Of a stretch of DNA of 64,000 bases, positions 29,862 through 38,462 are shown in pieces; within the stretch, counting starts at the first letter, position 1; the number at the start of each line of letters is the position of its first letter. This DNA is from an uncultured archaeon (GTDB taxonomy: Archaea > Thermoplasmatota > Penumbrarchaeia > JASLWR01): NCBI GenBank assembly GCA_964430885.1, contig CAYSHM010000002.1, forward strand, positions 45,009 through 109,008, written 5' to 3'. A model generated the notes under the pieces. The model ran no database searches. It saw only the letters and a program-made list of their open reading frames with translations, and was not told the DNA's origin. Made by a program: the position numbers and the translations under genes.

Positions 29862-30329
29862 TTAAGTAACCAACACCTTTCCGTTAAGTAGGTTCTTTGC
29901 ATATATAATATTTATTGAACCATAGGAACTTGATAAACTGCTAGGTTCATCATCGAGCTCATCATAGGTCTCAATCCCTTGGATCGAGTTGATGAGGTGA
30001 AATTTCAAGCTTATCACGGTAGCTGAACAATTCAGATACATGGTGTTATCCTTTATTAATATGGAATATGAGTACCCGGTAACAGCTGTGGGGACGGGTA
30101 TATTGATGTCAAGTACTGAATTATTATTAGTGTTTACGAGGTTTATTGCATTATTAATGTTCATGGTCAATTTATTTCCAATGGATTCCAGCTGACTTTT
30201 GGTTGCTTCCTTTGTTTCATCATCAATTTTATCAGTCAAGATAGTAGTGAATGAGACAAAAACCAAAGCTGATATGATTAGTACATAGATATATCCAATC
30301 TCTACATACCCATCGTTGTTCTTTCTCAA
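29862..30329 (-). CDS. Pilin-like protein (TTG start)
   Basis: NNDG|YVEIGYIYVLIISALVF class III-like N-terminus; GGTGA RBS before the TTG. Confidence 0.75.
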   Translation of the reverse strand: MRKNNDGYVEIGYIYVLIISALVFVSFTTILTDKIDDETKEATKSQLESIGNKLTMNINNAINLVNTNNNSVLDINIPVPTAVTGYSYSILIKDNTMYLNCSATVISLKFHLINSIQGIETYDELDDEPSSLSSSYGSINIIYAKNLLNGKVLVT

Positions 30330-30446
30330 TTTATCACCAGCCGTGTTTTTTTTAGCCTCATTGGACCAGCAGGATATTTATCTGAAACCAATATCATATC
30401 TATTATTGGTAATTAAATGATTTTGTGGTTCATTTTTCAAATTTAG

Positions 30447-31532
30447 TTATTTCATTACACAATCAACCAAATAATGGCTGATCTTGATGTCAAATTCATT
30501 AGGATATTCAATTCCGCCATCAGGTTTTATAGGGTTCATGAGTTTAATCTCCTGATCCCCTCCTGAGATGAATCCAACGAAGGAATCTTCAGGACCCCTG
30601 AATTCCTCATAATCATTTGTCAGATGATTGATGAAGGCATCACTCCAACTGCCCGATATGTTGATATGCAGATTAAATATGTTCTGGGAATTGAAGTAAG
30701 TACTCGACAATATTCGAAATCCAACATCGAATTCTCCGGATGCTATACTATTGTAATTTGAAGCAGTGAAATCGATCACTGAAATTGATAATGTACCCTT
30801 TTCAATGTCAATACTGATAAAGGGGCTTGATATGATATTATCGTTATTTGGATAATTTGATACTAAAGCTCCATTAACCAGGGCAAATCTGTAGGAGTTC
30901 TTATTGGTGTTGACCTGGTTCTCCAAGCTAGCCAAGCTGAAAAGGTATGCTTCAGAAACAACAGTGTCGTTGAAAACAATTGATAATCTAGCGGCCCTAT
31001 TCAGATCCATATCCATTGTGAAACCGGTTGAATAAAATGCATAGTGCGTTTCCGGATCTTCTAGGTCAGCTGAGTCCAGGTATTCCATTTTCGCCAGGCA
31101 ATCGGCGATATTGAAATCTTGGTAACTAACAACACCTCGGGTGGTTATATCGAAGAAACTATCACCGTCATTTAAACCGCTGTAAGTGATGTTGATAGTT
31201 GGATATAAGGAATAGTGGATTAGCCAAAATCCCGTATTGTCATTCACTGTCAGCTTTGCATCGTTCAGGATTATCTTATTTGAGGTTTGATAACCCTTGC
31301 CGTTGTATATGCATTTCTCCATGTCAGCGTTTATTTCCCGAATAGTCCTCATGTGTATATTCATGGTGTTTTTGTCCTGGCGATCTCTGATGATCGGGAT
31401 TCCGTAAGCAATAACCGTTGTTACTATAACTAACATTATAACTACTAAAAGCATGGTGGTTATAACAGGTGAGACTGCAGATTTATTTGGACGTATATGA
31501 CCATTTCTGAATAAATCCTTCTTTTCCTTCAT
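30447..31532 (-). CDS. Large type IV pilin-like protein
   Basis: NKSA|VSPVITTMLLVVIMLVIV..G.P class III signal peptide. Confidence 0.85.
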   Translation of the reverse strand: MKEKKDLFRNGHIRPNKSAVSPVITTMLLVVIMLVIVTTVIAYGIPIIRDRQDKNTMNIHMRTIREINADMEKCIYNGKGYQTSNKIILNDAKLTVNDNTGFWLIHYSLYPTINITYSGLNDGDSFFDITTRGVVSYQDFNIADCLAKMEYLDSADLEDPETHYAFYSTGFTMDMDLNRAARLSIVFNDTVVSEAYLFSLASLENQVNTNKNSYRFALVNGALVSNYPNNDNIISSPFISIDIEKGTLSISVIDFTASNYNSIASGEFDVGFRILSSTYFNSQNIFNLHINISGSWSDAFINHLTNDYEEFRGPEDSFVGFISGGDQEIKLMNPIKPDGGIEYPNEFDIKISHYLVDCVMK

Positions 31533-31582
31533 GTCATCAACCTATTCTTTGCTTTTAATAGACGTTATCCATTTTTTATTGA

Positions 31583-32710
31583 TTATTCTTTATATAAATC
31601 AACTTCGAACAGACGGTGGTTTATGGTTAGATCTATGGTATTCAGTTCAATTTTGGAATTCACTTCTGTATTCTTCAATATCACCGTTTCATTATCCTTA
31701 TCTTTATGAAACATCCATAGTGAATTACTTTCGGTGGTATATTGGGTTCTCGAATAGCTGAGAGAATCGTAAAGGCAATCCCTGTATTTTCCATAAATAT
31801 GGATTTTAATGTTTTGAATCCCTAATTCGTTGTACATCTCTAAATGAGTATTGGTAATATCCATTCCATAATGGCCTTTACCAGTCTTGCTGAGACCAGT
31901 AGATAGGAAATTATACATATTAATGATCATTGCCTCGTTTACCGTTGAATAATCATTACCTGTCGATAGCGGGATACCATAGCCTATGTTGTGCAACACT
32001 GAAGGCTTCCGCAGCCATTTCGGATCTGAATTGTCAGGGTACTCGGTCACTACAGCACCGTTGACCGATCTGAAATCAAAGTTGCCTTTTGGAGATATGA
32101 ATTCACCAGTAATGCTGTTTATTGGGAAAACATAACATCTGCTTAAAGGGATATCTTCATTTCCAAGAAGGGTGATCCTGAAGGGCCGTGATAGGCTCTG
32201 GGTGATGGTCAATTCATATTCCGGAGAAAGTGAATTATTTATCTGGTAACCTGTCAAATTGGTTTCCAGCCACTCAGTCATTATGTTTACTGATCTGTTG
32301 TAATTTGATTTAATAAGTATGGTTCCAGGTCCATCGACGTATTCTTGTTCAAGACCATAATAATCATAAAATGTATTTGGAGAAATGGTAGGATTAGGGT
32401 AAGAAAATGAAACTGACCAGAATTCTCCTTCGTTGCCAACACCCAGTGATCCTGGAGGAATTGTGATTTTGGTTGAATAACCGGAGAATTCTCCCATTCT
32501 TTCTAGGGTTTCAATGGAATTATCAATCTCGAACATTAGACCCTTCATGCTCTCGTACTGGTTGGTAGCCTCATAATCCTCAATGACTGGAGTACCCCAT
32601 AGAAGAACGGTGGAAATCATTGTTAACATAAGGAGCAGTATCAACAATGTACTGACAATAGGTGAAACCCCTGAGTTATCCTTGAATCTTCTATTATCTA
32701 TAGATATCAA
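31583..32710 (-). CDS. Large type IV pilin-like protein, paralogue of its neighbour
   Basis: DNSG|VSPIVSTLLILLLML..WGTP; shares a VNGAxVxxYP motif with 30447..31532. Start placed at TTG 32710 after GGGGGA (the ORF track starts at 32776). Confidence 0.82.
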   Translation of the reverse strand: MISIDNRRFKDNSGVSPIVSTLLILLLMLTMISTVLLWGTPVIEDYEATNQYESMKGLMFEIDNSIETLERMGEFSGYSTKITIPPGSLGVGNEGEFWSVSFSYPNPTISPNTFYDYYGLEQEYVDGPGTILIKSNYNRSVNIMTEWLETNLTGYQINNSLSPEYELTITQSLSRPFRITLLGNEDIPLSRCYVFPINSITGEFISPKGNFDFRSVNGAVVTEYPDNSDPKWLRKPSVLHNIGYGIPLSTGNDYSTVNEAMIINMYNFLSTGLSKTGKGHYGMDITNTHLEMYNELGIQNIKIHIYGKYRDCLYDSLSYSRTQYTTESNSLWMFHKDKDNETVILKNTEVNSKIELNTIDLTINHRLFEVDLYKE

Positions 32711-32997
32711 TATTCCCCCGCTGCATTGGATATGTGAGTCATTATGGTTATTGTTCTTATCTAACAGATTGACCAATATAACATAGAATTGAATGTTTTT
32801 AAGTCTTTGTAGTTTATTATTATATTGATTTTAAGATAAGTAATTTTGCCCCTTGGTATTGGATTTATAACCATAAAACCATGATGGAAAAAAACATAGT
32901 TACAGTTTTGTTTGAGCAGGCTAATAGAACTAATCATTAGCTCAAGAAAAAGACAGAAGGAAAATTTTATATTCATTTCAAAAAGAATTGCAGTCTT

Positions 32998-33026
32998 AAA
33001 AAAAAAAATGGGAGGACAAGCCTCCC
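32998..33026 (-). terminator. Hairpin plus poly-U terminator
   Basis: Minus strand GGGAGG-CTTGT-CCTCCC-A followed by T11, about 20 nt after the stop of 33047..34597. Confidence 0.75.
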
Positions 33027-33046
33027 TATTGGATTAATCACCCGGT

Positions 33047-34597
33047 TCAATAAACCGTGATCCATGAATTCTCATACATGAAGGTCCCCGGTTCATCGAC
33101 CACACATTTGACTGAAATTGCCACTGCACCAGCAAGGATACTGTCAGGGATGGTTACTGTCACATCCTGACTGAAGTACCTCATGTTGCCATTTATTCTC
33201 TTCACATGAGTTACATCTGTCCAAGCAGTTTTTGTAGCAATAATTCCCTCTTCCACTTCATCATCCTCAGTTCCAGGTATATTATCTGGACCATAGGATG
33301 TCTGATTGAAATAAATCGATATATTTATAGGCCCCCAACTGAAAGGATCCTCACTAAATATCTCGGGAAATTCAGGAGTGGAACTATCGTCCTCTAATCC
33401 AAGTTCGATATTCATAGTGATCATCTCACCTTTCCTAAGCACTATTTCATTTTCACCCCCGTCTCCTTCAATGGCAATTCCGTTTATTGAATTGACATAG
33501 AGTTCAGTATCAAACCGGTCATCATATTCAAGTGGGTGAGGGTCAATACCATCATGCATACCGTCATCATCCGTATCTGGATCAGTGGGGTCGGTGCCTA
33601 TTTGGGTCTCTTCCCAATCGGTCAGAGTGTCTCCATCAGTATCAGCATCATTTGGGTCAGTTCCGGTGAGGTATTCCTCCAGATTGGTAAGTCCGTCACC
33701 ATCATTGTCGTGGGTGGCGTCGCTGGGATCCATGGGATCTAAACCATGTGCCTGTTCCCATCCGTCAGGCATTCCGTCATTATCTGAATCCTGGTCCATA
33801 GGGTCAGTCCCTTCTTCGCCGTTCTCACCTCCGTCCCCCCATTCCTCGCCATCGCTTAATCCATCTCCATCGGTATCGGGATTGTTGGGGTCCGTGCCTG
33901 CTTCCATCTCCTCGCCATCGCTCATTCCATCCCCATCGGAGTCGGCATTCCCAGGATCGGTTCCCATTTGACCTTCCATGCCGTTGGAGATTCCGTCTCC
34001 GTCGGAATCGGCAGTGGGATTTCCAGGTTCTTGTGAATCTGGAATTCCGTTACCATTGAAATCACCTTCGCCTCCGGTTCCACCTTCACCTATTCCATCG
34101 TTGGACATGTCGTCGCAGGGATATGGGTCATCGGGATCAAGTATTCCATCACTGTCGGTGTCACCATTTAGTGGATTTGTTGGCGTCCATCGCCCATCTG
34201 CATCTAATCTGTAGTATTCATCGTGGTTCGTATATGGTGTGCTGCATTCAATTCCCTGCGCCATGTCCTCACCGGGATTCCCCGGCATCGTATGGTGGTC
34301 GTAATCCCTGTCAGCATCCGTGGGGTCGGTAGGATCTAGTCCCATTCTTCCAAAGGTCGCCCTGCTGAAAAGTATCTCCCATCCGTCAGGCAGTCCATCA
34401 TTATCTGAATCAGGATTGTTTGGGTCTGTGCCCCATTCAAATTCCTGCACGTTCGATACGCCGTCATTATCAGGGTCGGCGTATGAATCTCCCTCGTTAA
34501 GAGGGTCAGTCCCCGTCACCGCAAGTACAAAAAACATTCCGGAAAAGCTAGCGAGGATCACTAATGATCCTACTATTATTGCTATTCTTTTATCCAT
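33047..34597 (-). CDS. Secreted or membrane-tethered Ca-binding protein with bacterial TSP3-type (DxDxDG) repeats
   Basis: N-terminal hydrophobic helix; many GTDPxxxDxDxDGxxDGxE repeats; GGAGGTG RBS. Confidence 0.88.
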   Translation of the reverse strand: MDKRIAIIVGSLVILASFSGMFFVLAVTGTDPLNEGDSYADPDNDGVSNVQEFEWGTDPNNPDSDNDGLPDGWEILFSRATFGRMGLDPTDPTDADRDYDHHTMPGNPGEDMAQGIECSTPYTNHDEYYRLDADGRWTPTNPLNGDTDSDGILDPDDPYPCDDMSNDGIGEGGTGGEGDFNGNGIPDSQEPGNPTADSDGDGISNGMEGQMGTDPGNADSDGDGMSDGEEMEAGTDPNNPDTDGDGLSDGEEWGDGGENGEEGTDPMDQDSDNDGMPDGWEQAHGLDPMDPSDATHDNDGDGLTNLEEYLTGTDPNDADTDGDTLTDWEETQIGTDPTDPDTDDDGMHDGIDPHPLEYDDRFDTELYVNSINGIAIEGDGGENEIVLRKGEMITMNIELGLEDDSSTPEFPEIFSEDPFSWGPINISIYFNQTSYGPDNIPGTEDDEVEEGIIATKTAWTDVTHVKRINGNMRYFSQDVTVTIPDSILAGAVAISVKCVVDEPGTFMYENSWITVY

Positions 34598-34658
34598 TTT
34601 ATAACACCTCCGTTTTTTTCTATAATAAACAAATTCTTTTAATGGTATTTAACAATTG

Positions 34659-34749
34659 TAGGACGATGTTCGAACCCAATTAGAACAATATTCGAAATCA
34701 ATTAGAACGATTTTCGAATTAAACTAGGACGATTTTCGAACAATGCTAG
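34659..34749. repeat. Tandem array of four 22-bp degenerate direct repeats (consensus TAGRACRATnTTCGAAn6)
   Basis: Units at 34659, 34681, 34703 and 34725 are TAGGACGATGTTCGAACCCAAT / TAGAACAATATTCGAAATCAAT / TAGAACGATTTTCGAATTAAAC / TAGGACGATTTTCGAACAATGC, followed by TAG. Confidence 0.9.
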
Positions 34750-34837
34750 TTGAAAGTGAAAAGAAAATGTGTGTTTAGGTAAGAATCCTTGTCCAAAACA
34801 GTAGAGTAAGATATATCTTCTAGAAAATTTAGGGTTT

Positions 34838-34851
34838 GAACAATATTGTTC
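34838..34851. promoter_or_regulatory. Perfect 14-bp palindrome related to the 22-bp repeat; candidate operator
   Basis: GAACAATATTGTTC. On the minus strand it reads TAGAACAATATT, identical to the first 12 nt of repeat unit 2. Confidence 0.5.
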
Positions 34852-34907
34852 TATGAATTCGCAAGAATCCTGGAAGGTTTTAATATCCAAAGGGCGATAA
34901 TCATCAT

Positions 34908-35735
34908 ATGGACCTTATTCAAACGCTGGTTTTCTCTTTCTTCTTTGTGGGTGTGGCCAGGGGCACCGCAGTATGTACATTTATCTGCGGGGCGGGAATA
35001 GTTCCATATATTGTCCTCGGAAAGAAAAATCCCGCACAGGCTTTCAAAATCTCATTTCTTTTCAGTCTGCCGAGAATCATCTTTTTGACCATTCTGGGAA
35101 TAGTGATTGGTGCTGTTAGCTACGGGCTGAACAGCTTATCATCAGCTCTAGTATATCTTCAAAACGGAGTTTATATCCTGTATGCATGTATTTTGATTAT
35201 TGCAGGATTCTATTTATTTGCAAGATCTATGGAGGAGCATCACCGATACAATCAAAAGGATCTCTGCAGTTCCGACAAATCACCCGTCCGACCCTGTGAA
35301 AAAAACTGCAGCAGTAGTGGTAACTCCATTACCGCTGGTAAATACAAGAAAGAAAAAAAGAATTCATTTTTCAGCGGAATAAGGGGCCGGATATTCAATA
35401 TCGATGGGAAAAGAGAGAATTATTCACTTCTAATAATGGGTTCCCTCTTGGGCGTTGGATGTCTAACGGAAATGGTTTTTCTGGAAGGGAGTCTTTTGAC
35501 AGGTCTATTGATTTCAACAAAATACAACATTACTAGGATGATGCTTTTGGGAGCTTCAGGGATGTTTCTTTTTGCTCTTGGATTAAGTTTCCCTCTAATA
35601 ACAATCTCAACCCTTAGCGCAAAGATTTTTTCAAAGATTGATTCCTATAAAGGCATGAACTATTTCAGAATGATATCATCCATATTCATGATGACCATTG
35701 GTGTATTTGTTTTATTTCTTGTTTTGGTTTTTTAA
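34908..35735 (+). CDS. Multi-TM protein, DsbD/CcdA-like or TauE/SafE-like transporter family
   Basis: About six TMs; CTFIC in TM1; GSLLGVGC; MFLFALGLSFPL; Cys-rich loop. Confidence 0.6.
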   Translation: MDLIQTLVFSFFFVGVARGTAVCTFICGAGIVPYIVLGKKNPAQAFKISFLFSLPRIIFLTILGIVIGAVSYGLNSLSSALVYLQNGVYILYACILIIAGFYLFARSMEEHHRYNQKDLCSSDKSPVRPCEKNCSSSGNSITAGKYKKEKKNSFFSGIRGRIFNIDGKRENYSLLIMGSLLGVGCLTEMVFLEGSLLTGLLISTKYNITRMMLLGASGMFLFALGLSFPLITISTLSAKIFSKIDSYKGMNYFRMISSIFMMTIGVFVLFLVLVF

Positions 35736-35796
35736 TACTATACCTAGCTTGGATTTTTCAAGTGAAGATATTAATTGAATTTGAATATTTGAACAT

Positions 35797-36612
35797 TTAC
35801 TCAGGTTTTCTAACAGGTATATTCGTAGGAACAAGTATGCCTCTTTTTGTATCTCTAAGTGTAGGCCGGAGCCGCCTTGTGATGTTAACCTCATGAGGAT
35901 CAATTTCAAAGATGATATGGTCCTCCTTGTAATATTCCCCTCTTTTTTTCAATTCACCTTTTGGCCCCCAACATTGACCACCACCCCAGAAGACCAGATT
36001 GTTCTGTTCCCCAAGAACATTTGAATAAATTGCATATGTAGTATTTTCAATAGCCCGAGCCGGGAGCACAGTTTCAAAGAATCTTTTGGTGTATGACGGC
36101 GAGGCTGAAATGCATATTATTCCATGGCATCCGTGTATCCCGTACTGTTTGGAAAGCTCGGGGAAAAAGATATCAAAACAGATCACAACACCAAATTTCA
36201 AACCTCCGATCTCGAAAATCATAATGTGATCGCCGCTCCTGAAATATCTAGCTTCTTCAAAAGGACCGAAGTTTGCCAAATGCCATTTATCATAAACAGC
36301 CATTTTACCGTCAGGCCCAATATACAGAGCGCTGTTGTAGAGAACCCCACCGATCACGGGATCCTTTCTCACTAAACCAAATAGGATTCCTTTATCATTT
36401 CCTCTGCATAAATCCCGAAGTTCATTTATAGGATCTTCGTTCAAATCCAGGGCCACATCATAAAAAAGTTCACCTATATTGTATCCAGATAAGAATATTT
36501 CCGGAAAAATTAGGAGGTCCGAGCTGCTTCTTTTAATCTCCTCCTTCATATTGATTAGATTTTTATCTATGTTTCCCAATTGGGATGGTATTTGAATTAT
36601 TTCAGTCAGCAT
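35797..36612 (-). CDS. Carbon-nitrogen hydrolase (nitrilase superfamily)
   Basis: FPEIFLSGY, YDKWHL and VICFDIFFPE supply the E-K-C triad. Confidence 0.93.
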   Translation of the reverse strand: MLTEIIQIPSQLGNIDKNLINMKEEIKRSSSDLLIFPEIFLSGYNIGELFYDVALDLNEDPINELRDLCRGNDKGILFGLVRKDPVIGGVLYNSALYIGPDGKMAVYDKWHLANFGPFEEARYFRSGDHIMIFEIGGLKFGVVICFDIFFPELSKQYGIHGCHGIICISASPSYTKRFFETVLPARAIENTTYAIYSNVLGEQNNLVFWGGGQCWGPKGELKKRGEYYKEDHIIFEIDPHEVNITRRLRPTLRDTKRGILVPTNIPVRKPE

Positions 36613-36621
36613 ATAGACACC

Positions 36622-36897
36622 TCATTCTTCTTCGGTTTCCAGGGTATCTAGGTCCTCTTTCATGGTTTTCTCAACCAGTTCCTGATTTTCATTGACCAAT
36701 TGAGTTATTTTTAACTCAGCTTCCGCTAGGAGTTTATTCAGATATCCTGACAGTTTGATACCGTATTCAAAGGTAGAAAGGGATTGATCCAGGGTTATAT
36801 TTCCCTCTTCAAGGTTTTTCACTGTTCTTTCCAATTCGGTCATAGCTTCTTCAAAACTCAGCCTTTTTATCTTTTCGTCAATGGATGGGTCTACCAA
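36622..36897 (-). CDS. xseB: Exodeoxyribonuclease VII small subunit
   Basis: SFEEAMTELERTVKNLEEGNITLDQSLSTFEYGIKL..AELKI; TTG start directly after the xseA TAA with an AGGAGG RBS. Confidence 0.95.
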   Translation of the reverse strand: MVDPSIDEKIKRLSFEEAMTELERTVKNLEEGNITLDQSLSTFEYGIKLSGYLNKLLAEAELKITQLVNENQELVEKTMKEDLDTLETEEE

Positions 36898-38445
36898 TTA
36901 ATTCCTCCTCCTTGTTTTTACGTTTGCAGTTAAGCTTGATCGTCTGAAGGTTATCTGAATTATATCCCCCGCATTGGTGCGGAAAGCATCTTTTATTATT
37001 TCCCCGTTTGCATCTTGGATCCGGGCATAACCTCTATCCAAAATGTTCCTGGGTGAAAGGGATCTCAATATGCCGAGGTTCTCCTTGAAGATACCCTTTG
37101 AGTCATTAATAATTTGTGTAACATTTCTGATAAGTTCTTTACTCAATGCAGCCAATCTATGGTCTGCCCATATCAATTCAGTATGGGGTCTGTTTCTGAA
37201 TAGTGCTTGGTTCAAATAACCCCATAGGTCCTTTTTTAATAGAAATCCTTGGTTAAAGAAAAGATCCAGTTCAAACTGCTTACTGTCAAGCCGATGTTTT
37301 GGTATATTCAAAGAATCCCGCGGTCGGCTTAAAAGGCGATGCTGACTGTATGCATTCAATCTTTCTTTCTCATTGACCAAGAGAGATCGGGATTCCCTGA
37401 TCAATCTATAATGGATCTCATCCAATTTCTGTCTTGGGTCGTATAATATTCTAACAGGATCTCTGAAGGACATGTGTTCTTTTAGGCTCTCCAATTTGAT
37501 CAGATAGTTTTCTCTCATGTTTAAAATGCTCAATTTTAGATTTTTTCCCGTTTTAACTATCCTGTCACTAAGTTCATTTTGATCAGGAACTGCCAATTCT
37601 GCTGCACCGGTCGGTGTCGGGGCCCGCAAATCAGATACGAGATCGGCCAAAGTGAGGTCTGTTTGATGTCCAATCCCTGTTATGACCGGTTTTTGGGAAT
37701 TGAAGATCTCCAATACTACTTTTTCCAGATTGAAAGCCCAGAGGTCTTCCAGAGAACCTCCTCCCCTGGCGAGGATTATTTCATCCAAATCATCCAGACC
37801 ATTCAGTTTTTGAAGGGAGGCGATGATTGATTCTTCTGCGTATATACCCTGTACTATGGCAGAGCACAGCACTATTTTCACCAAAGGGAATCTTCTTTTC
37901 AAGGTTTTTATTATATCCTGAAAGGCTGCGGTCCCGGCTCCGGTTATCACTCCGATTTTTCTGGGATAAGCAGGTAATGGTTTCTTGTGTTCATTATTGA
38001 AAAGACCCAGTTCTCTCAGTTTGCGCTTCAATCGTTCCAGTTCGTCATGCAGGGCGCCAATTCCATCTGGAAGTATATCTTTGACATATAGCTGATATTC
38101 TCCCCTTCCGGCATAAACACCGATATTCCCACTACAGATAACAGAAAGACCATCCTGAGGTTTGAATTTGAAGGTTCGGTTCATCTGCCTGAAACTTACA
38201 CATTTCAATTGGGAATCCTTACTCTTCAATTTGAAATACATGTGGCCAGTGGGCACATGATGATGAAAATTGGATATCTCTCCTCTAACATTGATGTCAT
38301 TAAGCTCTAGCTCTTTTTCTAATAAGTTCTTGATTCTAGTAGTAATTTCATCCACACTGATGATGTTCCGTGTTTTTTGTAGGTTGGAATCCGAGGGTCC
38401 TTCTCCCTTTTTTTCAACAGATTTATTAAAAGCGTAGAGATCCAT
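36898..38445 (-). CDS. xseA: Exodeoxyribonuclease VII large subunit
   Basis: VRGEISNF..GHMYF.LK OB fold; ARGGGSLEDLWAFN, TGIGHQTD, APTPTGAAE, LSP..L.RGYA. Confidence 0.96.
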   Translation of the reverse strand: MDLYAFNKSVEKKGEGPSDSNLQKTRNIISVDEITTRIKNLLEKELELNDINVRGEISNFHHHVPTGHMYFKLKSKDSQLKCVSFRQMNRTFKFKPQDGLSVICSGNIGVYAGRGEYQLYVKDILPDGIGALHDELERLKRKLRELGLFNNEHKKPLPAYPRKIGVITGAGTAAFQDIIKTLKRRFPLVKIVLCSAIVQGIYAEESIIASLQKLNGLDDLDEIILARGGGSLEDLWAFNLEKVVLEIFNSQKPVITGIGHQTDLTLADLVSDLRAPTPTGAAELAVPDQNELSDRIVKTGKNLKLSILNMRENYLIKLESLKEHMSFRDPVRILYDPRQKLDEIHYRLIRESRSLLVNEKERLNAYSQHRLLSRPRDSLNIPKHRLDSKQFELDLFFNQGFLLKKDLWGYLNQALFRNRPHTELIWADHRLAALSKELIRNVTQIINDSKGIFKENLGILRSLSPRNILDRGYARIQDANGEIIKDAFRTNAGDIIQITFRRSSLTANVKTRRRN

Positions 38446-38462
38446 TTTGTCAACTCGGCTTA

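Noticed and set aside
24714-32776. Archaellum operon
   Set aside because: No ArlH, ArlF/G or single ArlJ, and no chemotaxis genes; two TadC-like genes indicate a pilus.
21632-34600. Integrated element at tRNA-Ser
   Set aside because: No integrase, no duplicated tRNA end seen, and a core gene (hef) directly follows the tRNA 3' end.
34659-34749. CRISPR array interpretation of the 22-bp repeats
   Set aside because: Variable parts are only 6 bp, the repeats are degenerate, and there are no cas genes.
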